Origin: an uncultured Elusimicrobia bacterium
GTDB taxonomy: Bacteria > Elusimicrobiota > Elusimicrobia > 2-01-FULL-59-12
DNA length: 64,000 bases
NCBI GenBank assembly: GCA_963702895.1
Contig: OY969767.1
Coordinates: 1,408,001-1,472,000 of the forward strand
Direction of reading: 5' to 3'
Each line of letters begins with the position of its first letter. Position 1 is the first letter of the stretch. The translations under genes were made by a program, and so were the position numbers. This document shows positions 36,387-47,721 of the stretch, one piece after another. Under the pieces are notes generated by a model. It did not search any database and had not been told where the DNA came from. It saw only the letters and a list, made by a program, of their open reading frames with translations.

Positions 36387-37499
36387 TCAGCTTGCGAAAG
36401 GGAGGAGCGCCTGATTGGTGAGCAGCACCGACTCATCCGGGACCCGCCAGCGGCCTTCCGGAGTCACTTCCAGCAAGCGCCGCTCCGCGAGGCGACGGCG
36501 TTTGCCTTGCCAATCGGGATCGGGTTCTTCCCATTCCAGCCCCTCGCGAAGTCTCAAGCCCAGCATCAGACGCTCAAAACGCCGCGTCTCTTCGCTCAAG
36601 AATTCTCTCGATGCCTGTGGAAGCTTCCCCCTCGCCAGATCATGTCCATAATCGTCAAGAGTTTTATGATTTTCCCACCGGACGCCTCCGACGCATCCCA
36701 CGGCACCGACGCCGGCACCGATGTAATCCTTTTGCCGCCAGTAGATGAGGTTATGCTCACATTCCTTCGAGGGAAGGGCGAAATTCGAGATTTCGTAATG
36801 GCCATAGCCTCTCTGCTTCAGATAAGCACGGGCCCAGTCGTACATGTCGGTCTGGCGATCTTCGTCGGTCCGGACGCCGCTGTCTCGAAAGGGAGTGTGC
36901 TCCTCCACCTTCAAAGCATAGAGGGAAAGGTGATCAGGATAGTAGGTGGTCGTCTTCTCCAGCGTGTCCTGCCAATCTTGGAGGGACTGGCTGGGAAGAC
37001 CATAGAGGAGGTCCACATTCAGATTACGGAAACCCGCTTCTCGAGAAGACCGAAAAGCATTCTCGAAGTCTTGCGCCGTATGCAGCCGATCTGCCATTTT
37101 CAGCAGTCGGTCATCGTAGCTCTGCAGGCCGAGGCTCAAGCGATTGACCCCCGCGCCGAACCAACCCGCTGCCTTATCGCCTGTCACGCTCTCGGGGTTG
37201 GCTTCCATCGTAATTTCGGCATTGGGATTTAAGGCAAAGGCCTTCCGGACCGTGCCCAGGATTTGGCCAACATGGTGCGGCCCCAAGAGCGAGGGCGTCC
37301 CACCGCCCAAGAACACCGTTGAAAGAAACGACGGGCGAGGCAGGGCAGACGCGTGAAGTTCAATCTCCTGGCAGAGATCCCGTACGTAGGCATCGATTCG
37401 GTCTTCGATACCGGCGAACGTGACGAAATCGCAGTACCCGCACCGGGCACGGCAAAACGGGATATGGAGATAGAGGCCCTTAGGACTTCTTTCCGTCAT
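36387..37499 (-). CDS. hemW: Radical SAM heme chaperone HemW (HemN-like)
   Basis: LYLHIPFC..RC.YCDF, GGGTPS, NRLSLGLQS, YEISNF and HNLIYW motifs. Confidence 0.92.
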   Translation of the reverse strand: MTERSPKGLYLHIPFCRARCGYCDFVTFAGIEDRIDAYVRDLCQEIELHASALPRPSFLSTVFLGGGTPSLLGPHHVGQILGTVRKAFALNPNAEITMEANPESVTGDKAAGWFGAGVNRLSLGLQSYDDRLLKMADRLHTAQDFENAFRSSREAGFRNLNVDLLYGLPSQSLQDWQDTLEKTTTYYPDHLSLYALKVEEHTPFRDSGVRTDEDRQTDMYDWARAYLKQRGYGHYEISNFALPSKECEHNLIYWRQKDYIGAGVGAVGCVGGVRWENHKTLDDYGHDLARGKLPQASREFLSEETRRFERLMLGLRLREGLEWEEPDPDWQGKRRRLAERRLLEVTPEGRWRVPDESVLLTNQALLPFAS

Positions 37500-38406
37500 T
37501 CTTGGAGTCTTTGAGGAGCTCAACCGCTCCTGCGACAGCTCCCGCAAGACCCGCTGTCTCCAGCGGTATAAGAATCTTGGTCGCGGGGCCTTCCGACATC
37601 TTCTCCAGGGTCTCCAGATACTTGATCGCGATCAAGTCTTTCGTCGGGTTGCCCGTGTGGATCGCTTGATAAACAACTTCAGTCTCATATTTCTGAGCGT
37701 CGGCCACGCGCTTGATCGCTTCAGCTTGACCTTCCGCTTTCAAGATCGCCGACTGCTTCTGGCCGGTGGCTTCGAGCACCACGGCTTCCTTCACCCCTTC
37801 GGCTTTCAAAATCGCGGACTGCTTCAGTCCTTCCGCTTCCAGGATCGCCGCGCGCTTTTCACGCTCGGCTTTCATTTGCTTGGACATCGACATCGTGATG
37901 TCCTGGGGCGGTTCGATCTTTTGGATTTCAACGCGTACGACTTTGACGCCCCACCGGTCGGTCGCTTCATCGAGCACCTGACGAAGCTGGCTGTTGATAC
38001 GCTCGCGGCTCGTGAGGGTTTGATCCAATTCCATTTCGCCCACAATGTTTCGAAGGTTCGTTTGGGCCAGTTTGATCGCGGCCAGGGCGAAATTGGCGAC
38101 GTTGTAGACCACTTTAACAGGATCGGTGACTTGAAAGTAGATCACGGCATCAACCGTCACCGAAGCGTTGTCTTTGGTGATCACTTCCTGCGGAGGCACG
38201 TCCATCACCTGCTCGCGCATATCCACCATGCGAATGGATTGCATGGGCGGGAATAAAAGGACCAACCCGGGACTGCAGGTTTTGCTGTATTGCCCGAACG
38301 TTTCCACGAGTCCTTTTTCGAATTGACGCACGATACGGAGCGCTCGCGATGCATAGATGACGGCCGCAACCGCTAATAAACCTGCAAAACTAAACGGAAA
38401 GTTCAT
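37480..38406 (-). CDS. SPFH/stomatin-like protein (QmcA-like)
   Basis: Q.VITKDN..V.VDAV, T.LRNI.G.MELD.TL.SR..IN and QMKAERE.RA.IL.AEG motifs. Confidence 0.92.
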   Translation of the reverse strand: MNFPFSFAGLLAVAAVIYASRALRIVRQFEKGLVETFGQYSKTCSPGLVLLFPPMQSIRMVDMREQVMDVPPQEVITKDNASVTVDAVIYFQVTDPVKVVYNVANFALAAIKLAQTNLRNIVGEMELDQTLTSRERINSQLRQVLDEATDRWGVKVVRVEIQKIEPPQDITMSMSKQMKAEREKRAAILEAEGLKQSAILKAEGVKEAVVLEATGQKQSAILKAEGQAEAIKRVADAQKYETEVVYQAIHTGNPTKDLIAIKYLETLEKMSEGPATKILIPLETAGLAGAVAGAVELLKDSKNDGKKS

Positions 38407-38834
38407 GATAGCCTCCTGACCACCAGTGATGTTCCTTCGACTTTTTCAACCAGGACCCAACTCTCTTTTTCGAGGCGATCCCCATACGTCACAGCCCGCC
38501 ACTCCTCGCCTCCCGCTTTGACCCTGCCTGCCTGCCGGGGGTCCACCGCCTCCAGGACGAGCACCTTCTGACCGAGGAGCGAGTCGACGTTCGACGCATG
38601 AGGCTTGGGCGTAAACAAAAACTTGGCGAGGGGGATGAGTAGCGGTGTCAGTGCCACCGTGACGACGGCAAAGACCACCCACGGAAGCCACGCGACGTTC
38701 GGCACAGAGAGCGCCGCGATCGAGCCCCCGAGCGCACCGATCGCCATACATACGAAGAAGAAATGGGTCGGCGGCGGCAGAATCTCGAGGATAATAAAGA
38801 CAACGCTTGCCATGAGCCAATGCTGATAATGCAT
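38403..38834 (-). CDS. NfeD-like C-terminal domain membrane protein
   Basis: N-terminal TMs, then G.VK.GGE.W.A and V.V..VEG..L.V; adjacent to the SPFH gene. Confidence 0.88.
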   Translation of the reverse strand: MHYQHWLMASVVFIILEILPPPTHFFFVCMAIGALGGSIAALSVPNVAWLPWVVFAVVTVALTPLLIPLAKFLFTPKPHASNVDSLLGQKVLVLEAVDPRQAGRVKAGGEEWRAVTYGDRLEKESWVLVEKVEGTSLVVRRLS

Positions 38835-38853
38835 AGTGCCTCCTCTGTCCCCT

Positions 38854-39813
38854 TTATCGTATCACCTTGATACGCCTGAGCGGCCAATAGACAACCCAGG
38901 CTCTGCCTTTGAGCAATCGCTCCGGAAGCGGCCCCCAGAAACGACCGTCAAACGATCCATCGCGATTATCCCCCATGACAAAATAGTGGCCCGCAGGAAC
39001 CTGGATCGGTCCAAAGTTGTCCCCGATCTGGGGACGCATCAGGGTGGCAAACCCGCCGCTTTCCCAGAGCCGCTGGTATTGCTCGGCGCCCAGGCGAAGT
39101 TTGGCGGCAGGGTAGGTCGAAAGGTCCTTGTAAACGGGAAAAGGGTTCGTGTCGAGCACGCCGTTGACATAAAGGCGTTTATTCTTGATCTCGATCGTAT
39201 CGCCAGGAAGCCCGACGGCGCGCTTAATGAAATCTTTTCGAACACGCCGCTCCTTTTCTCGAGCCGAGACCATGGCGCTCAGAGGAGCCTCGAAGACAAT
39301 CACGTCGCCATGCCGAATAGGACGGATTCTCAGAATTCGTTTCTCGGTGAACGGGATGCGAATGCCGTAAATAAATTTGTTGACGAATAGATGGTCGCCT
39401 TCCAGAAGCGTGTTTTGCATGGACCCTGAAGGGATTTTAAACGCCTGGAGGATGGCGTACATAATGACCGAGGCCAGCAGGATCGCGGAAAACGATGTTT
39501 CGATCCATTCCAGGTCTGAAGTGAGCAGTCGGGTGCCGTTGCCCGATTTCGACCTGCCCCAGAGCGCCTGGGTGATTCCCCACACCAGCCCCACCCCCGC
39601 GCCCAGGAGCGGCCACTCGGGCGAGGGCCCCTGGAGATCCGTCGAAGCGCTATAAACAAAACCGATGAGGGCGCCCACCGACACCGTAAAGAGCAGATGA
39701 AGCAGCGTGATCAGCGCTTGGTTTTGAATCCATCGCTCGCGCTGGAAGATCTTACGCAGCACCACACCGTATGCGCCAAGGCCGCAGCCAATCCAAAAAA
39801 GTGTGCTTTCCAA
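38854..39813 (-). CDS. lepB: Signal peptidase I
   Basis: AFKIPSGSM..TL..GD...VNKF, FIKR.VGLPGD and YFVMGDNRD.S.D.RFWG motifs; downstream of lepA. Confidence 0.96.
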   Translation of the reverse strand: MESTLFWIGCGLGAYGVVLRKIFQRERWIQNQALITLLHLLFTVSVGALIGFVYSASTDLQGPSPEWPLLGAGVGLVWGITQALWGRSKSGNGTRLLTSDLEWIETSFSAILLASVIMYAILQAFKIPSGSMQNTLLEGDHLFVNKFIYGIRIPFTEKRILRIRPIRHGDVIVFEAPLSAMVSAREKERRVRKDFIKRAVGLPGDTIEIKNKRLYVNGVLDTNPFPVYKDLSTYPAAKLRLGAEQYQRLWESGGFATLMRPQIGDNFGPIQVPAGHYFVMGDNRDGSFDGRFWGPLPERLLKGRAWVVYWPLRRIKVIR

Positions 39814-39822
39814 ATCTGTCTC

Positions 39823-41610
39823 CTAGGAACGCTTGAGAATCGCCATAAAGGCTTCTTGAGGAATTTCAACAGCCCCAAACTGCTTCATCTTCTTCTTGCC
39901 TTCCTTCTGCTTCTCCAGGAGTTTTCGCTTGCGCGTAATGTCACCGCCATAACATTTGGCCAGCACATCTTTGCGCATCGCAGGGATCGTTTCCCGCGCA
40001 ACAATCCGGCTTCCTATTTTCGCCTGGAGCGGTATTTCAAACATCTGGCGGGGAATGAGTTCCTTCAGTGATTCTACCAAGGTGCGGCCCTGCGCGTATG
40101 CTTTTTCCGTATGGACAATAAAGGAAAAAGCGTCGACCACCTCCGCGTTGACCAGAATCTCCATCTTCACCAGGTCCGCGGCCGAGTATCCCGCATGGTC
40201 ATAATCGAAGGAGGCATACCCCTTGGAGAGGGATTTCAGCTCGTTGTAGAAATCGCTGACGATCTCGGCGAGCGGCAAATCGTAATGCAGCGCCACGCGG
40301 GTCGCGGAAAGGTACTTCATGTCATGGAAGATGCCGCGGCGGTCCTGACAGAGCTGCATGATCGCCCCGACATAGTCGACCGGCACAAGAATGGTCGCCG
40401 TCACAAAAGGCTCCAGGATTTCCTTGACCACGCCGGGCTCGGGAAATTTCGCCGGGTTATCGACTTCGATCTTCTCGCCCTGCTGGGTCACGACCTCGTA
40501 TTCCACGTTGGGCGCCGTCGCAATGAGAGGAATTTCGAACTCCCTTTCAATACGTGTTTTCACAATATCCAAATGCAAGAGCCCCAGAAATCCGGCGCGG
40601 AAACCAAAACCTAAAGCGGTCGACGTCTCCGGGATAAAGGAAAAAGCGGAGTCTGTCAGGTGCAGCTTTTCCAGGGCCTTTTTCAAATTGTCGTAATCGC
40701 TTGGATTGACCGGATAAATGCCAGCGAAAACAAAGGGCTTGAGCTCTTTATAGCCAGGGTGGGGCTGAGACGTCGGGCGGTCGACGGCGGTGAGGGTATC
40801 GCCCATTCGCACATCCTGCAATTCCTTCAGCCCGAGGATCATGTAGCCGACTTCGCCTGCCTGCAGGCGATCGGCCTTGATGTATTTCAGTTGGAGCGTG
40901 CCAATCTCTTCGGCCAGGACCTCGCGTCCGGTCTGCATCATTTGAAGCTTCATCCCCGTACACACTTCCCCTTCGAGGATCCTCACGTAGACCACCACCC
41001 CCCGAAAGGTGTCAAAGACAGAGTCAAACACAAGCGCCTTAAAGGGGGCCTGTGTGTCGGTGGCGGGGGCCGGGATATCGTGAACGATGGTCGAGAGGAT
41101 ATCGTCGATTCCTTGGCCGACTTTCGCGCTGGCCAGCACAGGCTTTCGCGTGATGCCCAGAACCTCGCGAATCTGGTGCTGACAATTCTCCGGATCGGCC
41201 GCAGGGAGGTCGATCTTGTTGATGACGGGAATGATTTCGAGCCCCGCGTCTTTGGCGAGCGTCGCATTGGCCAAGGTCTGGGCTTCGACGCCTTGCGTCG
41301 CGTCGACCAGGAGGAGCGCCCCCTCGCAAGCCGCTAGCGCCCGCGACACTTCATAGGTAAAGTCCACGTGCCCCGGGGTATCGATGAGGTTTAAGACATA
41401 GCGTCTCGAAGAACCTGGCGGGGTGTACGACATCCGGATCGCCTTCGCCTTAATCGTAATGCCGCGTTCACGCTCGAGCTCCATGCCGTCCATGATTTGC
41501 TCACGCATTTCCCGCTTCGGGATGGTGCCGGTGGTCTCGAGCAGGCGGTCGGCAAGCGTCGATTTGCCATGATCAATATGCGCGATAATGCAGAAGTTAC
41601 GAATATCCAT
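39823..41610 (-). CDS. lepA: Elongation factor 4 (LepA)
   Basis: [27 protein letters not shown] and [22 protein letters not shown] motifs. Confidence 0.98.
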   Translation of the reverse strand: MDIRNFCIIAHIDHGKSTLADRLLETTGTIPKREMREQIMDGMELERERGITIKAKAIRMSYTPPGSSRRYVLNLIDTPGHVDFTYEVSRALAACEGALLLVDATQGVEAQTLANATLAKDAGLEIIPVINKIDLPAADPENCQHQIREVLGITRKPVLASAKVGQGIDDILSTIVHDIPAPATDTQAPFKALVFDSVFDTFRGVVVYVRILEGEVCTGMKLQMMQTGREVLAEEIGTLQLKYIKADRLQAGEVGYMILGLKELQDVRMGDTLTAVDRPTSQPHPGYKELKPFVFAGIYPVNPSDYDNLKKALEKLHLTDSAFSFIPETSTALGFGFRAGFLGLLHLDIVKTRIEREFEIPLIATAPNVEYEVVTQQGEKIEVDNPAKFPEPGVVKEILEPFVTATILVPVDYVGAIMQLCQDRRGIFHDMKYLSATRVALHYDLPLAEIVSDFYNELKSLSKGYASFDYDHAGYSAADLVKMEILVNAEVVDAFSFIVHTEKAYAQGRTLVESLKELIPRQMFEIPLQAKIGSRIVARETIPAMRKDVLAKCYGGDITRKRKLLEKQKEGKKKMKQFGAVEIPQEAFMAILKRS

Positions 41611-41618
41611 GAGGTGGC

Positions 41619-43367
41619 TTATGAAATTCTGGAAAAGACGTTGGGGTCGCCTGGATCGGCGCCCTTCGAGAAGATACGTTCGACGAGTTTATTCGCTTCC
41701 TCTTGCGACATTTCTCGGATCAAACGCTTGATTCGCGGCACCGCGGCCGCTGGGACGGAGAACTCATCCAGGCCCATACCCAGGAGGATGCGCGTAAACG
41801 AGGGATTCCCGGCCATTTCTCCGCACATGCCCACCCACTTGCCGGCGGCGTGGCCCGCCTCGATCACCATGCGGATGAGCCGCAAGACGCCCATATGCAG
41901 AGGGTTGTAGAGGTGCGCCACGTTTTCGTTCACACGATCAACAGCAAGCGTATATTGGATGAGATCGTTCGTGCCGATGGACAGGAAGTCGGCTTCTCGG
42001 GCCAGCCAGTCGGCGATCACGGCGGCTGAAGGCGTTTCCACCATGATGCCAACCTCCATCTTCGGATCGAAGGGGACACGCTTGGTCCGGAGCTCCTCCC
42101 GGACTTCTTGAAGCAGCTTGTTCGCCTCTCGTAATTCCTCAAGGCTTGTGATCATGGGATACATGACTTTGAGTTTGCCGCTGTCGGAAGCGCGCAGGAT
42201 GGCTCGGAGCTGCGTCTTGAAGATATCGGTAAATTTCAAACAAAGACGGATGCCCCTAAGACCCAAAAACGGGTTTTGCTCTTCCTTGAATCCCATGACA
42301 CCCAGGGACGTAAGCTTATCGCCGCCGATGTCCATCGTGCGGATAATCACACTGTACGGGAGCATCTGCCGGGCGACCGATGAATAGGCCTTGAATTGCT
42401 CCTCCTCGGTGGGAAGCTCTTTTCGGTTGAGGAAGAGAAATTCCGTCCTGTACAGACCGATTCCTTCAGCGCCATGGGCCAAAGACGTCTTGATCTCATC
42501 GGGAGACTCGATATTGGCTGCCAGGACGACCTGGCGACCATCGGTGGTTTTGGCCGGCAGATCCTTGTACTTTTCCAGGTCCCGCAATTCCGCCAGTTCA
42601 ATTTCCCGGACTTTGCGATAATTTTCGAGTGTCGCCATCGTCGGGTTGATGATGAGAAGACCGTCGTTGCCGTCGACAATCACGTGATCACCGGGCTGGA
42701 TATGGCTGAGCGCGTCCTTGAGCCCCACGACAGCAGGTATCTCGAGCCCCTGGGCGAGGATCGCGGTGTGGGACGTCCGGCCCCCGATATCGGTCGCGAA
42801 GCCTTCCACTAAATCGTCCCGCAGGGACAGGGTGTCGGAGGGACCCAAATCATGGGCGATAATCACACAACGTTCCTTGAGCTGTTGGAGCGGTCCTCCC
42901 TGACGACCCAGCAAGTACCGCATGACCCGCTTGCCCACATCCATGATGTCGTCTTTGCGTTGCCGAAAGAAGACGTCCGAGAGCCGATCAAAGCTGCGGC
43001 CAATGTCATCCAGGACCGCGACCAGTGAGGCCTCCGCGTTAATTTGGTCCTGGGTGATCTTTTTTTCGATGTCCTTCGTAAAAAGCGGATCTTCCAGAAT
43101 GAGAAGGTGCGCATCAATCAGAGACGCATGGGACTTTCCGAGGACCTGAAGGACTTTCTCGCGGGTTTGGATAAATTCACTCCGGGTCTTCAGGACAGCC
43201 GTACGAAAACGCTGGATTTCCCTCTTGGTCTCTTCCTTGTTGAGGGCCTTGAACACGTAGGAAAGGGCCTCCTCTTTCATGACAAAGACCTTCCCGATCC
43301 CGATGCCGGGCGAGGCGGCGATTCCGCGCAAGACGATGGGCGGCCTGCTGGGTCGGGTTTCACCCAT
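41619..43367 (-). CDS. ptsI: PTS enzyme I (PEP-protein phosphotransferase)
   Basis: [11 protein letters not shown] (phospho-His), [30 protein letters not shown] and GMCGEMAG motifs. Confidence 0.97.
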   Translation of the reverse strand: MGETRPSRPPIVLRGIAASPGIGIGKVFVMKEEALSYVFKALNKEETKREIQRFRTAVLKTRSEFIQTREKVLQVLGKSHASLIDAHLLILEDPLFTKDIEKKITQDQINAEASLVAVLDDIGRSFDRLSDVFFRQRKDDIMDVGKRVMRYLLGRQGGPLQQLKERCVIIAHDLGPSDTLSLRDDLVEGFATDIGGRTSHTAILAQGLEIPAVVGLKDALSHIQPGDHVIVDGNDGLLIINPTMATLENYRKVREIELAELRDLEKYKDLPAKTTDGRQVVLAANIESPDEIKTSLAHGAEGIGLYRTEFLFLNRKELPTEEEQFKAYSSVARQMLPYSVIIRTMDIGGDKLTSLGVMGFKEEQNPFLGLRGIRLCLKFTDIFKTQLRAILRASDSGKLKVMYPMITSLEELREANKLLQEVREELRTKRVPFDPKMEVGIMVETPSAAVIADWLAREADFLSIGTNDLIQYTLAVDRVNENVAHLYNPLHMGVLRLIRMVIEAGHAAGKWVGMCGEMAGNPSFTRILLGMGLDEFSVPAAAVPRIKRLIREMSQEEANKLVERIFSKGADPGDPNVFSRIS

Positions 43368-43372
43368 AAGCG

Positions 43373-43642
43373 TTAGTCCTTCTCCCCAAAGCGCTCGCTG
43401 AAGAGCTGTTCAAGGGTGACCAGGGCCTCTTGTTCATCGGGTCCGTCCGCGATGATGAGAAGCGACGACCCCTCCTCCGCCGCCAGCATCATCAGGCCCA
43501 TGATGGATTTGCCGTCCACTTCCTGATCTCCTTTTCGAACTTTGATGCTGGATACGAATTTATGGGTGGTCTGGACAAAAAGTGCCGCGGGCCTGGCGTG
43601 GAGGCCCAATCGGTTCTTGATGGTCAGTTGTTTTTCCATCAT
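43373..43642 (-). CDS. ptsH: Phosphocarrier protein HPr
   Basis: GLHARPAA and VDGKSIMG (Ser46 motif). The real start overlaps the IID stop codon (ATGA). Confidence 0.95.
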   Translation of the reverse strand: MMEKQLTIKNRLGLHARPAALFVQTTHKFVSSIKVRKGDQEVDGKSIMGLMMLAAEEGSSLLIIADGPDEQEALVTLEQLFSERFGEKD

Positions 43643-44448
43643 GAGGGCCAGTGGATCCCCAGCTGGGTCATCATCATGGCCAGGAGGCAGACGAGGTAAA
43701 AGATGACGACGATCGGGACGTTCCAGCGCTTGAGGATCGCGCTCCCTAGAAAGACCGCCATCAGCCAAATCAACATCTCCGAACCGGTCCACCGCGAAAA
43801 ATAGACGAGCACTACGGCGAAGAGAAAGAGCAGGCCGATTCGGCGAATCTCGGCGGACCACTTCTGGAGATGAAGCGACTCCACCCATTTCACGACCAGC
43901 GGCCCTTCGGAAGCGCCCTTGGAGAGGCCACGCCACCGGAGCCAGACATGGATGGAATTAAACATGGCCAGAAAGCCGACCACCCACCACTTGGCACACT
44001 GCAAGGCGCTCGCGGGGTTGTAGACGGCAGGCGCGTTCTCGCCTTGGCCAGCAGGAGAGCCGACTAAGAGCCCGACGCTGAGCGCCATGATGGCGCAAAA
44101 GGGCCGCCACGCCCCCCAGATGACATGATCCCCAACGGCACCGAACGCGCCGCCCATGGAGTTCTTGAGGACCGCGAGCGTCGCCTCGTCGTTTCGTTTG
44201 TTCTGGGCCGCGAAGAGTTCCCGGTTGAAAAGAACCCCCATCACGATGGGCGCAAAATAGGGATGCGTATTAAAATATTCGCTGTGACGCCGAAGCGCAG
44301 CGTAAAAATCGTGCTTGGCACGGTAGACGTGGCGCAAGAGAGGATCCATACTGAACGCAAAGCCGATGTTCTGCATCCGCTCAAAGTTCCAAAGCGACTG
44401 AAGCACAAACGACCGGACGAAACACCTCCACAGAGCCAGGGTCCTCAT
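43639..44448 (-). CDS. PTS mannose/fructose/sorbose family EIID component
   Basis: WNFERMQNIGF, RH.EYFNTHP and MG..G.VGD...W motifs. Confidence 0.92.
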   Translation of the reverse strand: MRTLALWRCFVRSFVLQSLWNFERMQNIGFAFSMDPLLRHVYRAKHDFYAALRRHSEYFNTHPYFAPIVMGVLFNRELFAAQNKRNDEATLAVLKNSMGGAFGAVGDHVIWGAWRPFCAIMALSVGLLVGSPAGQGENAPAVYNPASALQCAKWWVVGFLAMFNSIHVWLRWRGLSKGASEGPLVVKWVESLHLQKWSAEIRRIGLLFLFAVVLVYFSRWTGSEMLIWLMAVFLGSAILKRWNVPIVVIFYLVCLLAMMMTQLGIHWPS

Positions 44449-45128
44449 GAGGCGTCCTTCTTCGAATTCTGCACGGACTTTTTTGAGGACCAACGGCCCT
44501 CATCGTCTCCCGAAAGAAAAATCTCCAAGGTGATCCCCAGTCCTGCGACGGGCAAGAGAATGATCGCCAGGATGAGACCCTGATCCAACGGGCCCAATCG
44601 TGGCATATAGGCGAGTCGTTTCCAGAAGAGGTCCCCCAGGACAAAGACGATCGCGTAGAGCACGGTGTAGCGTACCCAACTCCAAACGACGCCCGTGCCA
44701 ATGCCCATCCATAACGCCAGGGGCAGCTGCTCATCACGAACGGCTTCCAGACGGTGCATGATCCGGGTGTTGACGCGCCGCGCTCGCTGGTCCGCCCAGC
44801 GAAAGAAATAGCCACAGGGTATCGCCAGCGCCATACACAGCACGATCTGGGAAAGGGAGCCTTGCCCGGGCGCGCTCGCCCAGTAAACGGCCAGAAGCGT
44901 CGAAGAGGTGGCGTCGTAAGGGATCCCCACACCGATCGGGCTTAAATCCATCCACATCAGCTGCATGATCCCTCCGACCACAACACCGACCGCCACATTC
45001 CCCATCAAATAACCAAACAGAGGTCCTGCCACGAGCGGCTGCGAAATCATGAAAGGGCCCAGCGCCGTAAAGTCGAGCGCTATGACGCCCGCCCACATGG
45101 CTCCCAGAAGAAATCGCTCCACGATCAT
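44445..45128 (-). CDS. PTS mannose/fructose/sorbose family EIIC component
   Basis: LD......MISQPLV.GP..G...G and L.W...P.G..P motifs; adjacent to IID. Confidence 0.85.
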   Translation of the reverse strand: MIVERFLLGAMWAGVIALDFTALGPFMISQPLVAGPLFGYLMGNVAVGVVVGGIMQLMWMDLSPIGVGIPYDATSSTLLAVYWASAPGQGSLSQIVLCMALAIPCGYFFRWADQRARRVNTRIMHRLEAVRDEQLPLALWMGIGTGVVWSWVRYTVLYAIVFVLGDLFWKRLAYMPRLGPLDQGLILAIILLPVAGLGITLEIFLSGDDEGRWSSKKSVQNSKKDAS

Positions 45129-47206
45129 GCGCGGCGCACCCCGACTTTCCAGGACCGGAGCCACACCTGCCCGGGCTGCAAGGGGATCTTGGCGTGCGCG
45201 AGAACGACCGTTCCCTGATAGGTCCGCTCAAAACCCTCTTCCGACAACGAAACGGTCTCCAGCGGAAATTCCCAGAGATCGACGGGCAGATCAAACTCCA
45301 TGTGGAGGGCAAGTCCATAGCCATGGTCTCTCCGGATCCACTCGGTCTGACTCAAATGCTCTTCGGGGTCCTGCTTGTCCTGGCTGGAAAAAGCGAAATT
45401 CAACTCACTGCCAAACCACAACTGACAGGCGGGGCCGTGGACATTTTGGATGCGATAGACGACTTGCCACCCCAGGGCATCGGTGAGGGTGATGGTTTTC
45501 TCGACCGCGATCATATTTTTCTGTTCTCCGGACCACACCGACCCCATTCGGGAGAGCCGAATCTGGGGATATTTGTCTTCCACGATATCGACCTGATAGC
45601 CCATCTTCACAAAATCGCCTTGCTCGCCATACTGGCATTGGTAGAAGTTTTCAAGCGTGGTGGTCGGATGGAAAAAGTGATCCAAAAGGCTCGTACGCCT
45701 GTACCAATCAACGAACAAGCGCTTCTCGAGTCCCGGCTCTTTGACACGAACGAGGTCATGGATCGTCTTGACCGGTCCGGCCGAGGCGTGGCCGTGAGGG
45801 TCCACATAATCCAGAAGCTGCCGGTGGTAGGCTTCGGACCGGCGAGTCAGGACATTCTGGAGATTGATCCCCTCCCGCCGGAGGTCCCATTCATAGAGCG
45901 TACCGCCAGAGCCCGGCGAGAGATAGAGATTCTGTGTCGGGGTCTCGATGAGCACCTCAGGGCGGCCGTCCTTGTCGAAATCCTCCTGGGTCACGCTGAT
46001 GCTTTCATCCTTCAGGATCTTGTCCGCTTGTCTTTCCGCGGAGAGCAGCTCCTGGTAGATCGCTTGGCGCAGGTGAGGAAGGTAGAGGCCTCCAAAGACG
46101 CCGTGCCAATAGGCGCAATTGCACTGGCCCGCCCACAGGGCGTCGAAGGCCTTCTGTGATTTGGGGTTGGCCTTATGGTCGGCCGCCTTGTGCACTTTCC
46201 TTGAGACCCAGAGCATCTTCTTATGCAGATTGTTGGCCTCTTCGTATTTGGTGAGAAAGTTCCTCCAGAAGCCGCCATGCATGAAACGCTTCGCGATCAG
46301 TCGGTCCTCGTCGGAAAGGTGTTTCCCAAAGTGATGGAAGGTGTCCTGCGCCTGAGGCGTCAGAGTCCACTCCCCCATCTCCGAATAGGACGCGGTCGGC
46401 AAATAGACGCGACCGTGCGGCACATGCGCCTTGAGGTAATCCGAAATACGCGTGGTGAGGACCCAGTCCTTGTTGCTCTCAAGGACCGTGAGAAATTTCT
46501 CCAGCCATCCTTGCTCATACACGTGGGCATAGGTGTCCGGCCAAAGGCCAAACTTTTCGCCATCATCAAACATGACGAGGGCTTTATGCCCGGACGGTGA
46601 GACATGCTGCCGCAAGAGGTTGAGGGTCTCGGCGGGTTCCTTGAAGGGGATGGCGTAACGCAGGTCCTGACGGATGGGCAGGACCAGGACTGTCGAGCCC
46701 TGTTCCTCGCTCATGAAAGCCCCGCACATTTCCTCGAGGGACAGACCCGTGGAAAGGAAGTGGGTGTCATCCACCAAGGTATAGTCCACCTCGTTGTCCG
46801 CGAGCGTCTTCACCAAGTGGGGCTCCCAGACGCGTTCGGCAAGCCACATGCCGCGGGGCTTGGTCTTGAATCGGGCCCGAATATAGCGAGAGAGTTTCTG
46901 AATTTGTCCTGACTTGTCGAGCTCCGGCAGTGCCGGGAGGATCGGCTCGTAGAACCCCCCCGTCAGGATTTCCAATCGTCCCTCTTTGACCTGCGCGGCG
47001 ACGCGGTCGATATAGTCCGGGTGGTGCTTTTCCAGCCACTCCCACAGAATGCCCGTTGTGTGGAGGTTCCAGTGAATCGCGGGATGACGTTCCATCGCCT
47101 CAAGGAAAGGGAGGTAGGCGTGGGTATAGGCCTTCTCAAAAACAAAATCAAAATTACCGATGGGCTGATGATTATGAACACCGAGGATGAAATGCACTTT
47201 GTTCAT
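45125..47206 (-). CDS. GH57 4-alpha-glucanotransferase / alpha-amylase
   Basis: HNHQP.GN, G.YEPIL, G.WLAERVWEP, DDGEKFG.WP, SY.EM.EW and QCNCAYWHGVFGG motifs. Confidence 0.92.
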   Translation of the reverse strand: MNKVHFILGVHNHQPIGNFDFVFEKAYTHAYLPFLEAMERHPAIHWNLHTTGILWEWLEKHHPDYIDRVAAQVKEGRLEILTGGFYEPILPALPELDKSGQIQKLSRYIRARFKTKPRGMWLAERVWEPHLVKTLADNEVDYTLVDDTHFLSTGLSLEEMCGAFMSEEQGSTVLVLPIRQDLRYAIPFKEPAETLNLLRQHVSPSGHKALVMFDDGEKFGLWPDTYAHVYEQGWLEKFLTVLESNKDWVLTTRISDYLKAHVPHGRVYLPTASYSEMGEWTLTPQAQDTFHHFGKHLSDEDRLIAKRFMHGGFWRNFLTKYEEANNLHKKMLWVSRKVHKAADHKANPKSQKAFDALWAGQCNCAYWHGVFGGLYLPHLRQAIYQELLSAERQADKILKDESISVTQEDFDKDGRPEVLIETPTQNLYLSPGSGGTLYEWDLRREGINLQNVLTRRSEAYHRQLLDYVDPHGHASAGPVKTIHDLVRVKEPGLEKRLFVDWYRRTSLLDHFFHPTTTLENFYQCQYGEQGDFVKMGYQVDIVEDKYPQIRLSRMGSVWSGEQKNMIAVEKTITLTDALGWQVVYRIQNVHGPACQLWFGSELNFAFSSQDKQDPEEHLSQTEWIRRDHGYGLALHMEFDLPVDLWEFPLETVSLSEEGFERTYQGTVVLAHAKIPLQPGQVWLRSWKVGVRRA

Positions 47207-47721
47207 TGGGGCTGTTCCCGGAGCGCTTCACGCTCTTCTTGCCAGCGCTGGAGATATCCCACCATATTCACCGGCTCATCGAGGGGAAGCGCCCGGGCCT
47301 CCAGGAGCACCCCCTTGGCCGTCAACGCTTTCAGGGCCCGCACATCGGCGTCATCGAGGCTAATCCCTTTTAGGATCTGGACGCGGCCTTGCCGAAAGTG
47401 CAGGCCGCCAAGGTTCACCGAGCTGATCGGCGCACCGAACTCGTAGAGGGAGAGGGCTTCGTCGGGCGTGGAGACAAGGACCAGCACGCGCTCGCTCTTC
47501 CAGGAATCATTTTTCCATAGGCGCGCCGTCTCCTCCAAGTTCAGGCAGGAGAGTCCCACGCCATGCGGTACGGCCAGCTGATAGAGGGCCTTCTGGGTAT
47601 CATCGGCCCCCACCTCGTCGGAGGCCACGACGACATGCTGGACGCGAAAGCTCTTCACCCAGCCTTCGACCACCTGGCCATGCACCAGACGGTCATCGAT
47701 GCGTAAAAGTTCAACTCCCAT
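47203..47721 (-). CDS. PTS mannose-family EIIB component
   Basis: RIDDRLVHGQV..W and NLGG motifs. Confidence 0.93.
   Translation of the reverse strand: MGVELLRIDDRLVHGQVVEGWVKSFRVQHVVVASDEVGADDTQKALYQLAVPHGVGLSCLNLEETARLWKNDSWKSERVLVLVSTPDEALSLYEFGAPISSVNLGGLHFRQGRVQILKGISLDDADVRALKALTAKGVLLEARALPLDEPVNMVGYLQRWQEEREALREQPQ

Noticed and set aside
43643..43936. N-terminal extension of HPr in the ORF track (187 aa)
   Set aside because: It overlaps EIID in another frame. Real HPr starts at the ATGA overlap at 43642.
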